Positions 50,196 through 64,000 are shown, counted from the first letter of the stretch. The stretch is DNA of 64,000 nucleotides from Octopus vulgaris (GCA_951406725.2 OX597816.1:171864001-171928000); one strand, 5' to 3'. Notes: generated by a model from the sequence alone, not told the origin. Made by a program: numbers and translations.

Positions 50196-50386
50196 AGATA
50201 GGGGTTGTAAATGCAATACTCTTTTATGTACATTCCTTTATGTACACTGATTTGTTCTGCTTTTTATATTTAACCCTACAGTCTCTTATGTGGTGGTTTA
50301 ATAAAGTATGTGATTGAGTATTATCTGGTAATTGATATTTGATTTAGATGTATTTCTCCATTTTCTTATCTTTTCTTGTCTTATCT

Positions 50387-50433
<47 letters not shown>

Positions 50434-51094
50434 AATATTATATGGTAGATGGAAGATACAAGAATTTTTATTAATCACGACAACTGTTTCGACACATCTA
50501 GCATTGACCCCCTCCGGGGAGGGATACTTAACAACTGTATCATATTATATTATATATATATATAGATATACATATATACACATAAATATACATATATATA
50601 CATTTATACAATAAGCTTCTTTCAGTTTCTGTCAACCAAATCCACTCACAAGGTCTTGGTTAGCCTAGGGCTACAGTAAAACACACTTGCTCAAAGTGCC
50701 ACAAAGTGGGACTGAACTCAAAACTGTGCAGTTGGGAAGCATTTTTCTAACGTACACAACCATACTTTTGTCAGAAGTTACACATCATAAAGGATAAAAA
50801 TTCTTATTGTTTTAATATATTTTATCTAGTTTAATTATGCAAGTTCCACTTCCTACTTCACGGCTAAATGAATAACTATAACAAGATAGCAATTACAAAG
50901 ACACACTTGTAAAACCATGTTGTGCTCCAGATTTATAATATTTACCCCCTTCCACCACCACCACCACCACCACTCTGCCACTGAAACAATAGATGTAAAA
51001 TGGTGTGTCATTTCTAGTGAAAGTCATGGCTATTAATACTTGTTTCCAACGAAACTTTAAAAGAAAACAGAAACATGTATGAAGTATACGCATA

Positions 51095-51806
51095 CCCAAA
51101 CTTTAGGTCTCACCGAGTAAATGACTAGAGACCGAGACCTTTGAAAGTATGCTGTGCATGAGAAGACCCGGCAGGACAAGTGAGACCATAACCCATGGCC
51201 TCTACCTGGGATGTAGCCAGTCCACTTATGCATACCTTTCCTTCTTGGGACACAAAACTCTACTTGTGAAGACCTGTTGAGGCAAGTGGAAATCAGAATC
51301 AAAATCGAAATTGATCAACATCAATGGAAATTGTAGCTGTGATACCAGTGCCGGTGGCATGTAAGCGAACCATCCGAACGTAGCCGTTGCCAGCGCCACC
51401 CTGATAGGCCTCCGTGCCGGTGGCACGTAAAAAGCACCATCCGATCGTGGCCATTGCCAGCCTAGCCTGGCCCCCGTGCCGGTGGCACGTAAAAAGCACC
51501 ATCCGATCATGGCCGTTTGCCAGCCCCGTCTGGCACCTGTGCCGATGGCACGTAAAAAGCACCCACTACACTCACGGAGTGGTTGGCGTTAGGAAGGACA
51601 TCCAGCCGTAGAAACATTGCCAGATCAGACTGGGCCTGGTGCAGCCACTACACTCATGGAGTGGTTGGCGTTAGGAAGGGCATCCAGCTGTAGAAACACT
51701 GCCAGATCAGACTGGAGCCTGGCGCAGCCTTCTGGCTTCCCAGACCCCAGTTGAACTGTTCAACCCATGCTAGCATGGATAACGGGCGTTAAATGATGAT
51801 AATGAT
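51095..51806 (+). mobile_element. RTE LINE 3' end (same family as 42075-43062)
   Basis: ORF end plus 3' UTR with four hairpin subrepeats and a partially duplicated tail. Confidence 0.88.
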
Positions 51807-52014
51807 AAAACACACATGGAGCTTTATAGACATCAATACATCAAGCAAACATGCGAGTCTTTTCATGGTCACTTAGCCTGCAAGAAATCGCAGCTAAGTA
51901 TCACACAAATTACAGTCTACCATCTTAGAAATGGAAGCACACATTGGATAATATGTCTTGTCTATATATAACAAATCATTTTATCATTAATGAACTCAGT
52001 CCTTAATTTATCAA

Positions 52015-52415
52015 AAACTTCAACAGCCAACAGGAAACAGTAATAACTCTGAGCACCTTTTCAAACTCCACCCATCTAACACCCGTGGACATATTTACAA
52101 AGTCAGAAAACAGCACAGCTCCCATGACTTTAGGAAACATTTTTTCACGCTGAGAGTTGCTGAAGCATGGAACAAACTGCCGGCATCAGTTGTTAGTTGT
52201 CGGAGCCTTGCATCCTTGAAAACTTCCATGCTTTCTGAGATTCACCAACACTACACCTGATTTTCTCCTCTCCATACACACAAAAGCATGTATCTGACTC
52301 ATGCATTGTTCGCTTTCCAGACATTTGTACATTACTGCATATACTCTGACAAGTTGTGGTGCACCTGAGCACTGTATACAATAATTTCATTATATTATTA
52401 TATTTCATTATATTA
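52015..52415 (+). mobile_element. CR1-clade LINE 3' end
   Basis: TRGHIYKV...FRKHFFTLRVAEAWNKLPASVV and an (ATT)-rich tail. Confidence 0.85.
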
Positions 52416-52499
52416 TAAAATAAGTTCCATGTAAGCAATAATAATAATATGAATTTATTTTAGAAATTGTGTAGATGTCAAAGAGAAAGTAATATATAC

Positions 52500-52560
52500 C
52501 TGAGCACGTCTGTAGAATTGGTGAGTAATAGCTTCAAATCTCTCCTGGCCTGCTGTATCC
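52500..52560 (-). CDS. RAB15: Rab15-like exon (W-DTAGQERFEAITHQFYRRAQ; G3/switch II)
   Basis: 61 bp, ttttttaaag acceptor, gtatat donor. The YRRAQG motif is characteristic of Rab15. Confidence 0.96.
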
Positions 52561-52862
52561 CTTTAAAAAAGAGAAAGAGTAAAGAAAATGACTGCGTGAA
52601 TATCTTAAGAGGAAATCAAGGAACTTTTGGGTGAAGATAAAACTTGTGAACTGGTAAAGAGATGGTTGATGAAAGTTATACTAACATACTCTGCATTGTC
52701 TCTAATACTTAAACACAGAAATGAAAAGTCATGTTCAACATATTCGAGTGGACTCAGACATGAGAATATCTTTCACCACGGGGATAGCCTCATAAGCAAA
52801 TTCTCCACTTAGATATGTCTGAAAACAACAGATATGCTGTGACTGACAACAATGAACCATAG

Positions 52863-52897
52863 GATGCATGCATTTCAGCGTTATTTCACTTCATCAG
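52863..52897 (-). ncRNA. Hammerhead core with eroded stem I
   Basis: CUGAUGA-AGUG-aaauaa-CGCU-GAAAU-GCAUGC-AUC. The flanks pair poorly. Confidence 0.5.
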
Positions 52898-53727
52898 TTA
52901 CATACACCAAATCCGTCATTCACAGCCCAATAAGAATGCAATTATTATCAAAACGTATGCTTGTGTGTAAAGCTTGATGAAGCTAGAATTGTGTTTTAAC
53001 ACATGGCTTAGAGGAGAATTTTCTCCTTGGATATCTCTGCAGTGGAAGGTCACCTCACATCAGAGAGCACTTGAACATGTTGAATATGACTTTTCATGAA
53101 TATATTTCATTCATCTGCTTCAAGTGTCATTTTCATTTATTTAATTCTAGCTTGACCCATCTTTATGAACATCAGCTTAAGTTCTGTATACTGTTTTATA
53201 TAAGAATAATTCTATTCTCAACAGACTATGAAAGGCAGATCTGGTTTTCTCAATTGACAAAGAGAAGTGGCACAGAAACCTATATGTCTTCCGCTCCATC
53301 GAAGTCATTCATTGCCCATCTTTATATATTTACACATGTGTAAGAGAAGAATTTTCTCCAGGAACTTGCTCTGAAGTAGAAAGTCTTCTCACACCTGAGT
53401 ACATTCAAACATGTTGAATATAATGCTACATGAATATACTCTATTCAATGCTGCTTTGTGCAACATGATTTATTTTTGGACAAGTTGAGTTTATCCTGAA
53501 AAGTAGCATTGTGAAGTACTACAAACAAATACATTACAACTATTCAAGACTGGCAACCATTTTCACCACTCAGTCATTTTAAATATGAGGGAACAGGACT
53601 GCTATTTCAATAAGTTTATAACATTTTCAGAAATTAAAATAATTTCTAAATGATAATTTTTTTCGAAAAACTGTCTGCAAGCAATAATAAATCTCTGAAC
53701 GAGATGTAAACAGTAACCGCTCGACAA

Positions 53728-53905
53728 CGTAAAGTATACTCAGCCATCTCAATATGGCTAACCACTAAGGGTGGGTGTTACTGTAGCTTTTAGCCCCAGC
53801 TTTTAGCCTAAAGCCAGCTGGAGACGATGATCTCCTGGGGCTAAAAGCTACAGTAACACCCACCCTTAGTGGTTAGCCATATTGAGATGGCTAGTATACT
53901 TTACG
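53728..53905. repeat. Fold-back element (~70-bp inverted arms)
   Basis: CGTAAAGTATACT.AGCCATCTCAATATGG...TTTTAGCCCCAG and its reverse complement. Confidence 0.88.
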
Positions 53906-54358
53906 ATAATTTTTTTTTATTTCTGAAATAGTCAAATGAAAGAAGGAAGATAACACAAATATACATACATTTCACAACTATACATACATGCATATACATA
54001 CATATAATACTTAGACACAATCATCGTTCATAATGTCACACACATCCACATGGACACATACACAGACACACAACTGGGTATCATACTCAACATCATGAAA
54101 AAGCAAATGACTATTTAAATCAGATGCTAATTCTGTTGCATATAATGGAATTTTATTCAGCTGAGCATCTAATTGCAACCCCAATGATTGTTCACTCACT
54201 GTCTTCCTTTGTCAGTAGTGATGGATTTTGTCGTAGCATGCGGTTGGCAGTGAGTATGTGCTACTTACAAAGCCCAATGCGGTAGAAATATGCATCAGAC
54301 ATTCTCACTGGCTGCTGGACCATTTCTCATCTGCTACTGATACGTTTTGTGCTTTTAA

Positions 54359-54578
54359 CCCTTTCGTTACTGTATTTATTTTGAGATGCTCTGTGTTTCT
54401 TTCAATTACTTTATATGTATCAAAGAATTTAGTAAAATAACTTAGTTATCATTCTGCTAGTTTTAGGAACATAAATTGTGACTAAGATTTAGTGGAAGAT
54501 TTTAATTCAAAACTTATGGAAACAAGACATTTGTACTCAGAGCCAGAGCCGGTTTCAGCCAGGTTGGTAGCGAAAGGG
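54359..54578. mobile_element. piggyBac-like MITE (inverted copy 58013-58232)
   Basis: TTAA|CCCTTTCG...CGAAAGGG|TTAA. Confidence 0.9.
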
Positions 54579-54676
54579 TTAAACACAGTACATCCAGAAG
54601 AGATATTATCTCCAAATGAATACCACTGTAAATTTGTGTTTTTGTGATGCATCTACAGTAAGCATAACACCACACA

Positions 54677-54714
<38 letters not shown>

Positions 54715-55990
54715 CTCCTTATGATAGCAATTTGATCAGGTTTAACTATAATTACTTACAAACAGGGTAAGTAACATTAACTAAGTTCAGAAAAGACCTA
54801 AGAAACTGTATAAGCTGTATATAAAGCTCACCAAATCAATATGAAAAACAAAGAAACATGAGAACAAACCATTAAACATTAACAATATGCAGAAGCATAA
54901 CTATAGAACAAAATCCAATTTAACACAACCAAAGAATTCCCAACATTGGCTGAACAACAGATAGTATAGTGACTTTGGCACCCAAAGTAAGATTGCTATT
55001 TCTGTTGGTATTACACAAATGTAGAAAAGATGAAATATTTCGGAGTGGTTGGCGTTAGGAAGGGCATCCAGCTGTAGAAACTCTGCCAGATCAGTTTGGA
55101 GCCTGGTGCAGCCTCCTGGCTTGCCAGTCCTCAGTCAAACCGTCCAACCCATGCCAGCATGGAAAGCGGACGTTAAACAATAGTGATGATGATGATGATG
55201 TTTGGGAATGCACAAACCAAATGTTTGTACCTGATTCACAAATCATGACCATATATTCTCCAAACCAACCCTTTCTAGTCACCAATGCTCAACTGTTTCT
55301 AAGCAAGGCAATATTCTTTTCTTGGCTGTGTAAACCTGAATGTTTATACAGAAGATTGGAAGTGAAGAACACAAGGACATGACTTGAATGATAAAGACAC
55401 TTATTTACAACTATCATGTGATGTCTTAGAAAAAAAAGACACAAACACACACTCTCTCTCTCTCTCACACACACATACAAACACTCACTCACATGCACAT
55501 ACACACAAACACATACCTCATAGAGGTACAAACTTCAGATTAAATTTGTAAAGAAAAATTTGTCATCAAATCCTTTGATAAATGGCTGATGGGAAACAAT
55601 TTAACATCATTCAATTGTGGATATGGATGTATGTGCTGAAAAACAAGTGAAGGTCAGTTATGGAGTGTAGCCAGCTAACTAATGGAGTGTGTCATCAACT
55701 ACAGTGCTGTGTAGCAGTCTAGACTTAGTTTCTTAAGGAAAGTTGGCCTTCACCAAACTAACACACCCAACAAAAGTAATGGTGAATCTTTTAGGCTTGA
55801 TGAGTAGAAATTTGAATTTCTTTAACCCTTTAGCATTCAGATTAATCCATCAACTCCAATACTTATTTATCCATCTTGTTTCAAATGAATTATGTATTAT
55901 CTCAGAGCTTTGTAACTTTGATTCGATTGTTTGCGTGTTTAGAGTGAGAGGACAGAGCTGGCCAGTTTGAACATTAAAACATATCAAATA

Positions 55991-56395
55991 GGTGCAGGAG
56001 TGGCTGTGTGGTAAGTAGCTTGTTTACCAACCACATGGTTCCAGGGTTCAGTCCCACTGCGTGGCACCTTGGGCAAGTATCTTCTACTATAGCCTCGGGC
56101 CGACCAAAGCCTTGTGAGTGGATTTGGTAGACGGAAACTGAAAGAAGCCCGTCGTATATATGTATATATGTGCATGTGTGTGTTTGTGTGTCTGTGTTTG
56201 TCCCCCTAGCATTGCTTGACAACCGATGCTGGTGTGTTTATGTCCCTGTTACTTAGCAATTCGGCAAAAGAGACCGATAGAATAAGTACTGGGCTTACAA
56301 AAGAATAAGTCCCGGGGTCGAGTTGCTCGATTAAAGGCGGTGCTCCAGCATGGTCGCAGTCAAATGACTGAAACATGTAAAAGAGTAAAGAGTAA
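55991..56395 (+). mobile_element. SINE family A
   Basis: Full-length copy. Confidence 0.9.
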
Positions 56396-57289
56396 ATATT
56401 TGGGTCAGACATGGCCTGAGTGTCATTTACATGTAGACAAGTATTTTAGGCTTAGTTAAATGTTTATAGGTAAGCATTTTTAATATTAACATGATATTGC
56501 AGAGAGATTTGGTGAGATATTTGTTTTTCAAAATTTGCTTCACAACCTGGTGGTTTTGGTTTCAGTCCCATTGTTTGATGCTTTGAGCAGTTATGCATAG
56601 TGGTTAAGTGGTTAGGGTGAGACCATGGTTTCAATTCCTGGGCCAGGTGGTGCATTGTGTTATTGAGCAAAACAATTCATCTAATGTTGCTCTGCAATCA
56701 ATTCAACATCAGATGTGTGGTATATCATGCACTAAAAGGCAGAGAGCTGGCAGAAACGTCAGCACGCCAGGTGAAATGCTTAGCCGTATTTCATCTGTCG
56801 TTACGTTCTGAGTTCAAATTCCGCCGAGGTCGACTTTGCCTTTCATCCTTTCGGGGGTCGATAAATTAAGTACCAATTACGCACTGGGGTCGATGCAATC
56901 GACTTAATCTGTCTATCTGTCCTTGTTTGTCCATTCTATGTTTAGCCCCCTGTGGGTAGTAAAGAAATAGGTATATCATGCACTTGTTCAGGAAACATTG
57001 ATTCGATGGAAGGAGTGAGCTGATGTCCAACTCAAACATTCCAGTCACTGCAAACAAATCATTTGTGTAGGTTGTTCAGCAAGGAATTACACAACCATTT
57101 TTTTTTTCAGACTACAAGAGACTACCATCATATTATATACGAGCCAAATTTTCTCAAAACAACCTGTCCGACCGTCCCATAGATTTCCCCTTTGAGAAAC
57201 ACTGATTTAACCTAAATTTGAGACACCAGCAAAAGAAGAAATAAAGATAGACTTTTTCTTGCATACGCATAGTATCAATCACAACAGCT

Positions 57290-57979
57290 GATGTACTTTC
57301 GCATACAAATGCACGTTCCCACGGCTTTATTGATCACATTCTCACCTGGAATCGATTTTTGTAATTTTTTCAAGACTTATACATGCCCTGATACCGTTGG
57401 TATCAACATATCAAATTTGAGCGCAATCGGATAGAGGATGCCTGAGATCCTCAAAGACACACACACACACAGACAGACAGAATGGATTTTATATAATAGA
57501 TATATATATATAAAACAGACTTCCACAGAGTTTCCATTCAACCAAATTCACGTACAAGGCATAGTTAGCTCAGAGCTATAGTAAAAGACACTTGCTCAAG
57601 GTACCACACAGTAAGAAAAATGATTTTATTCACATAAATATGCAACCGAAGAGTTTAAAGTACCAGTAATGATAAGGCTGTTGACTGGGAGAACACAAAC
57701 ATGGTTTAAACAGTAAGCTTGGCAGGAAAGAAACGTGCCTTTAAGCAGTACAAAAACAACAAAAATGGAAGGTGCAGTTATGTACAGGTTGACAGAAGAA
57801 AAGCAAGATAAAAACGATGCATGCACTCTGGAATTGAATTTTGTAATTTTTTCAAGACTTATACACGCCCTGATACTGTTGGTATCTACATATCAAATCT
57901 GAGCACAATCGGATGGAGGATGCCCGAGATCCTAGAAGACACACAGACAGACAGACAGAACGGATTTTTTATAATAGAT
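57290..57979 (-). mobile_element. Two tandem Helitron-like 5' segments (~57348-57500 and ~57828-57979)
   Basis: Direct ~150-bp repeat ending TATAATAGA|T, i.e. A|TC on the minus strand. Confidence 0.55.
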
Positions 57980-58012
57980 TTAGTGTATGCAACTGAAACA
58001 GCATTAAATTAA

Positions 58013-58232
58013 CCCTTTCGTTACCAACCCGGCTGAAACCGGCTCTGGCTCTGAGTACAAATGTCTTGTTTTCATAAATTTTGAATTAAAATCTTCCACT
58101 AAACCTTAGTCATAATTTATGATCCTAACACTAGCTGAATGATAACTAAGTTATTTTACTAAAATCTTTGTTATATTTAAAGTAATTGAAAGAAACACAG
58201 AACATCTCAAAATAAATACAGTAATGAAAGGG
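58013..58232. mobile_element. piggyBac-like MITE
   Basis: TTAA TSDs and CCC/GGG termini. Confidence 0.9.
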
Positions 58233-59152
58233 TTAAAATACCTATCTGAGAGAAAAATCTCTTCGCAAACATGTATTAAAAACACAATATATATCATAGT
58301 AAGGTAAACATTGTCCTTGCTTAGAACACAGAGATAGTTGTGGGGGGGGAAGCAATTAAGAACTTCGTTTCCAGTAATGAAAACATTGGACAGCTGCAAA
58401 CATGCCATCTTGCCTAACTTATACGATGCGATGCGTAACTACTTCCTTTTCAAATGACATTTTAATGTCTTGTGTTATATTTACTTAAAAGAAGGCCATA
58501 TCATCATCTACTCTCTCCATCTCTCTCTCACTCTCTCTTTCTCTCTCTCTTTCTCTCTGCTATATCTAAGATAAATTATTAAATCAAAAATAGGTGAACT
58601 GAAGTAACACTATTGTACATAAATAAAACTGAATGATTTGGGTAAGCAGCAAAAGTGTATCACCAATCAAAATTATTGTCAGAATGTAAAATGCAAGCAA
58701 ATATCTTCTGGAACCTTCAGATGAGATGAAGATTGATGTTTAGTTTTGCTTTCAAAATATTGAGCATAGAAGTGTGGATCTGATGTTTATTTCAAACAAC
58801 CTAACTTAACAAAGACACACAGAAATACATGTCCTATTAACAGATATGGCAAAATATCAGTATAGGTAGTACATTATTGTATAGTATTATAGAAGAATTC
58901 ATATTTGCTCTTGGAAAAAAGCAGTTCATATCTAAAGGAGTGAATAAAATAACTAAAAATTTTTTAAATCTACAAGCGTATATCAGAAGACATGAGACTT
59001 CACAAACTACTTATAATAAAGATTTTTTAAATGTTATTTGAAATGAAATTTAAAATTTGAAACGAATTTATATGCTATTTGTAATTAAACAAAATAATAC
59101 ATACCAGCTTGCACAAATATTTTAGAATTCTATACATATATACCTATCTATA

Positions 59153-59513
59153 CGGGTTCAGTCCCACTGCGTGGCACCTTGGGCAAGTGTCTTCTACTAT
59201 AGCCTCGGGCCGACCAAAGCCTTGTGAGTGGATTTGGTAGACGGAAACTGAAAGAAGCCTGTCGTATATATGTATATATATGTGTGTATGTGTGTGTATA
59301 TGGTTGTGTGTCTGTGTTTGTCCCCCAACATCGCTTGACAATCGATGCTGGTGTGTTCACGTCCCCCGTAACTTAGCGGTTCGGCAAAAGAGACCGATAG
59401 AATAAGTACTAGGCTTACAAAGAATAAGTTCTGGGGTCGATTTCTTTGACTAAAGGCGGTGCTCCAGCATGGCCACAGTCAAATGACTGAAACAAGTAAA
59501 AGAGTAAAAGAGT
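59153..59513 (+). mobile_element. SINE family A (5'-truncated)
   Basis: Matches family A. Confidence 0.9.
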
Positions 59514-59844
59514 ATATATATATATATATATAAATTCAGGGTATTAATATCCAATCAATATGTTTATTTTTAATACTATTATTCTAAGTCTTGCTGCATA
59601 ATTTCTAAAGAATATTGGCTTTCTGACTTTCATTCAGCAGGAAGTTAGTGACAATGCATAGTGAAAGATTTTGGAGAATCAAAAGTAAAGTGTCTGCGGA
59701 CAACTAGAAGCATGTTGAAGTTTGTGTCTTTTGCATTTTTTGTTTTCACTTTTGATTTGATCTTTTGTACTTAAATCTAAATCAGGATGACTTTTTAAAA
59801 TTAAATATATTTTTAATGAACATATTTAATAAAATTGAACTTAC

Positions 59845-59905
59845 CAAATTTGGATTTTGGCTACTTTATTATCCATGTTAACTGTTCTCATCTTGAAATC
59901 AATAC
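59845..59905 (-). CDS. RAB15: Rab15-like exon (G-IDFKMRTVNMDNKVAKIQIW; RabF1/F2)
   Basis: 61 bp, aatttcag acceptor, gtaagt donor, phase-1 start. The upstream P-loop exon was not seen in the window. Confidence 0.95.
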
Positions 59906-60488
59906 CTGAAATTAATGAAATAACAGGAGATATTTGAAATAGGTAGAAAAAGGAAGAACTAAGATTATTCAGCCCTTTAACATTAAAACCAGCCATATTG
60001 GACCCAAATATGGCTGGTTTTATGTTTTATGTTCAAACCACCCAAATCTGGCATCTCACACCTACCCTACAATGTTATTCTAAAAATAAACTATCAGATC
60101 ATCAAAATCTCAAAGCTATGATTAATTTAAAACAATCATCATCATCATCATCATCATCATCGATTAGCGTCCGTTTTCCATGCTAGCATGGGTTGGACGG
60201 TTCGACCGGTGTCTGGGAAGCCAGGAGGCTGCACCAGGCTCCAGTCTTATCTGGTATCTGGCAATGTTTCTACAGCTGGATGCCCTTCCTAACACCAACC
60301 ACTCTGCGAGTGTAGTGGGTGCTTTTTACGTGCCACCTGCACAGGTGCCAGGGGGGTCTGGCATCGGCCACGATCGGTTGGTGCTTTTAACGTGCAACCG
60401 GCACAGAAGCCAGCCAAGGCGGCGCTTGCATCGGCCACGTTCGGATGGTGCTTTTTATGTGCCACCGGCACAGAAGCCAGTCGAGGCT

Positions 60489-60729
60489 TTTGAGCAAGAC
60501 ACTTTATTTCACATTGTTCCAATCCACTCAACTGGCAAAAATGAGTTGTACCTGTATTTCAAAGGGCCAGCCTTGTCACACACTGTGTCACACTGAATCT
60601 CCTTGAGAACTACGTTATGGGCACACATGTCTGTGGAGTACTCAGCCACTTGCCCATTAATTTTATGAGTAGGCTGTTCATTGATTGAATCAACTGGAAC
60701 CCTCGTCGTCATAACCAACAGAGTGCCAG
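60489..60729 (+). mobile_element. Headless SINE: family D body + family C tail 1
   Basis: TTGAGCAAGACACTTTATTTCACATTG (as at ~155-185) followed by GTTGTACCTGTATTTCAAAGG... (as in 14263-14460, reversed). Confidence 0.75.
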
Positions 60730-60871
60730 ACATTTGACAGAGAAATATAGAAACAGTTATGAAAATATGATAGATATCAAAAGATAACATTATAAACAAA
60801 AGTAACCGAAATACAAATATTCAGATGTGGAAAAGAGAAAGCTACAACTAACACGAACAAAAACGAACATA

Positions 60872-61280
60872 GGCGCAGGAGTGGCTGTGTGGTAAGTAGC
60901 TTGCTAACCAACCACATGGTTCTGGGTTCAGTCCCACTGTGTGGCATCTTGGGCAAGTGTCTTCTGCTATAGCCCCGGGCCGACCAATGCCTTGTGAGTG
61001 GATTTGGTAGACGGAAACTGAAAGAAGCCTGTCGTATATATGTATGTATATATATATATGTATGCGTGTGTGTGTTTGTGTGTCTGTGTTTGTCCCCCTA
61101 GCATTGCTTGACAACCAATGCTGGTGTGTTTACGTCCCTGTCACTTAGCGGTTCGGCATAAGAGACCGATAGAATAAGTACTGGGCTAACAAAGAATAAG
61201 TCCCGGGGTCGATTTGCTCGACTAAAGGTGGTGCTCCAGCATGGCCGCAGTCAAATGACTGAAACAAGTAAAAGAGAGTA
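60872..61280 (+). mobile_element. SINE family A
   Basis: Full-length copy. Confidence 0.9.
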
Positions 61281-62992
61281 AAAATGCAAATTCAAATATA
61301 TTTATATTTGAGCAGAGAGAAAATTTATATGGTATGGTTTGGGGAGTAAAATAAAAATACCAAGAATAGGTTGTATATAAATCATTCATTTCCTAAATTA
61401 TCGCTATATTGTAAAATCATTAAACCTTCTCTTCTAATTAGATAAACAACGCACCAGTCATTTCCCAAGTGCAATACGGCTGGGTTTATGCTTTTCCAAT
61501 GTCAAAGCATCAATAATCGGGTGATGATTCAGGACAACATTTTATCAGTTTGGCCATTGAGACGAAGATGGTGATGAGAAGAAAAACAAAATAGAATAAA
61601 ATGTGGAATATAATAAAAGCCAGAGTCTGGGTTAACTAGCAGTGAACTATAACTACAAAAATCAGTTAATATAGTCAGTGTGCAGTGAGAAGATGTGAAC
61701 TATAACATTTTTGGCATACTTCTGCTTCAGAGAAAACATTTTTTTCCCCCACAAATGAAGAATTATTTCCTGAAGCAGGAGTCTACCTTAAAAGCAAGAT
61801 CCCATCACTCCACCTCTCACCTCTCTCACTACCTCCCCCTCTCTCTCCCGTTAGTGTTCAAAAGAATTCAAATTTATGAACTTTATAAAGAAATGGAATA
61901 AGTTTGTCTCAACTGAATATGGAAATATAATAAATAAATGTTGGAAGTAAAAATTAAATAAAATCCAATGGAAGTTGCATAGTATTGCTGATGTGGATCG
62001 ATGAGGTGGGGGGGGGCAGGAAGACAGATTTTAGAGAGGAAAAATATGATTATGAAATATACTAAAGTAAGTTATGACATAACAGCCAAGAGAGTTGAAT
62101 AAAGCAAATAAAACAGGGAAGAAAATCAAAATAAAAAATATGTGTAAATTTTTTATGGAATAGAAATAAATCAGAGAAAAGTTGTCTTTGACATACCCTA
62201 CATCATACATATTTGAGGTATCAGATATTCTAATATAAACTATTTGATTTATTTTATATTTCTGTTTGAATTAAATATAGTCAGAGATAAAAAGTCAAAC
62301 TTCATCATTTTTGACCTTTTTAGTAAAATGATATTGATTTAGATGGAGATTAGTAACCGAATAGCTGATGATGCAAATCTATTTTATAATTTAATGGCAA
62401 TATTCACTCAGCTGTCATCCCCAATAGCTTTTTGTGATGTTACTCTGACAAGCAATTGCTTTCGTCAAGCTATTTCTCTGGAACATTGAAATAAGAATGA
62501 ATACAGACGAATTTAGAAAACAAAATGTATGCCAACATTTATTGTTGATCAGAATGGTAAATCTCATCCATTACTTAAAAAGAATTCTACTTAAACATAC
62601 TTTTCAAAATAGCCTAAAAGAAATGGTTAACAAATGACTTTCAACATATAAAATGGAATAGCGATAGTGAGAAAGACATAAATATATAACGAAAGACTTT
62701 GATACTTAATATATAACATTGTTAGGGTGGCAAGCTGGCAGAATCGTTAGCACACTGGACGAAAAGCTTAGTGGTATTTCGTCTGCTGTTACATTCTGAG
62801 TTCAAATTCCACCGAGGTTGACATAGTTTCTATATTCCTTTTAGCTTTTAAAAGCATAGATATTCCTGTTACTTGAATCAACAAGGGAATTTCTTCATGG
62901 TCCAACAACCTGCTTCAAAATTAGTAGCTAAAACATTTTCAAATCATGCTCTAAAATCTTTAGAAAAAAAAGATTAATAGTTTTAAATAAAT

Positions 62993-63411
62993 GGCGCAGG
63001 ACTGGCTGTGTGGTAAATAGCATGCTTACCAACCACATGGTTCAGGGTTCAGTCCCACTGCATGGCATCTTGGGCAAGTGTCTTCTGCTATAGCCCCGGG
63101 CCGACCAATGCCTTGTGAGTGGATTTGGTAGATGGAAACTGAAAGAAGCCTGTTGTATATATGTATATATATATATATATGTATGTGTGTGTATATGTTT
63201 GTGTGTCTGTGTTTGTCCCCCTTGCATTGCTTGACAACCGATGTTGGTGTGTTTACGTCCCCGTCACTTAGCGGTTCAGCAAAAGAGATCGATAGAATAA
63301 GTACTGGGCTTACAAAAGAATAAGTCCCGGGGTCGATTTGCTCGACTAAAGGCGGTGCTCCAGCATGGCCGCAGTCAAATGACTGAAACAAGTAAAAGAG
63401 TAAAAGAGTAA
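62993..63411 (+). mobile_element. SINE family A
   Basis: Full-length copy. Confidence 0.9.
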
Positions 63412-64000
63412 AACTCTTTCAAAAGTAAGTATTGGTTTATGACTGGAATGACTTTGACCATAAGTCTACTTGTCTCAGGGCTGATGTGGAAACTAAACAA
63501 CAACATCATGTTAACATTAAAGGTTCTCATTAAACAATTCTGCAGCTGAATGCCCTTTACGAGTTATCTTGGAAGTAAGCGATGTGAGTGATACCTGAAC
63601 CTGATTAGAAAGACAGAGGGGAATAATGTGCCTCACTGAAGAGTTAATTATCTAAAAAGCATTGACGAATTCTCTATTGAAACTTCTTGTAATGATTGGT
63701 CTTTTGCCAATATATTGATATTTTCATACTAATACAGAGAAAGCCTAACGATAGATTTGCGATGGATTCTAGCCAACAATTGTCTACAATTGACTTGCCT
63801 ATTGAGAGAAAATAAAACTGTTCACATCAACAAAAATGTGAAGACATTTAGAATACATTTTTATAAAGAACGCAAGTATGTATAGCATAGTCTGATAAAT
63901 AGTTCAACACAAAACCAATTCAGTTTTGCAACCACAGTTCTCGATTAGCTATATGCATTATACCAGTATTAAGTAGGGTAGATAACATTGGAAAAAACCT

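Noticed and set aside
51348-51565. Repeat-spacer pattern resembling CRISPR
   Set aside because: Subrepeats of an RTE LINE 3' UTR. The linkers are related to each other.
63637-63695. Plus-strand hammerhead (CTGAAGA-GTTAAT...ATTGAC-GAAT)
   Set aside because: GAAT instead of GAAA and no convincing stem I or III.
59906-64000. First coding exon of the Rab gene
   Set aside because: No GxxxxGK[ST]-encoding segment found by eye on the minus strand. The acceptor-like site near 63799 leads to no Rab sequence.

Overview
AT-rich, microsatellite- and transposon-saturated animal DNA. The SINE, LINE and MITE families look like those of coleoid cephalopods (Octopus-like); this is an inference. The only host gene I can support is a minus-strand Rab GTPase, Rab15-like within the Rab8/10/13/15 group. 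Six coding exons (61, 61, 78, 90, 66 and 201 bp, all GT-AG) splice in frame across 22320-59905. The first, P-loop exon was not found and probably lies beyond 64000. The rest of the window is tRNA-derived SINEs, RTE/CR1/Hero/Tx1-like LINE remnants, Naiad-type Penelope remnants, Helitrons, pogo/Tigger, piggyBac- and Merlin/Mutator-like MITEs, two probable solo LTRs, a 16-bp minisatellite and many microsatellites that generate most of the spurious ORFs. The most notable signal is non-coding: about a dozen complete or partial minimal type-I hammerhead ribozyme motifs from about eight unrelated repeat families. They include compensatory core variants (U3-A8, G3-C8) and U4C, and have palindromic stem III, which implies dimer-dependent cleavage. 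Most sit in fold-back, Penelope pLTR-like elements, and eight lie in Rab introns on the sense strand. All folds were read by eye and none was computed.
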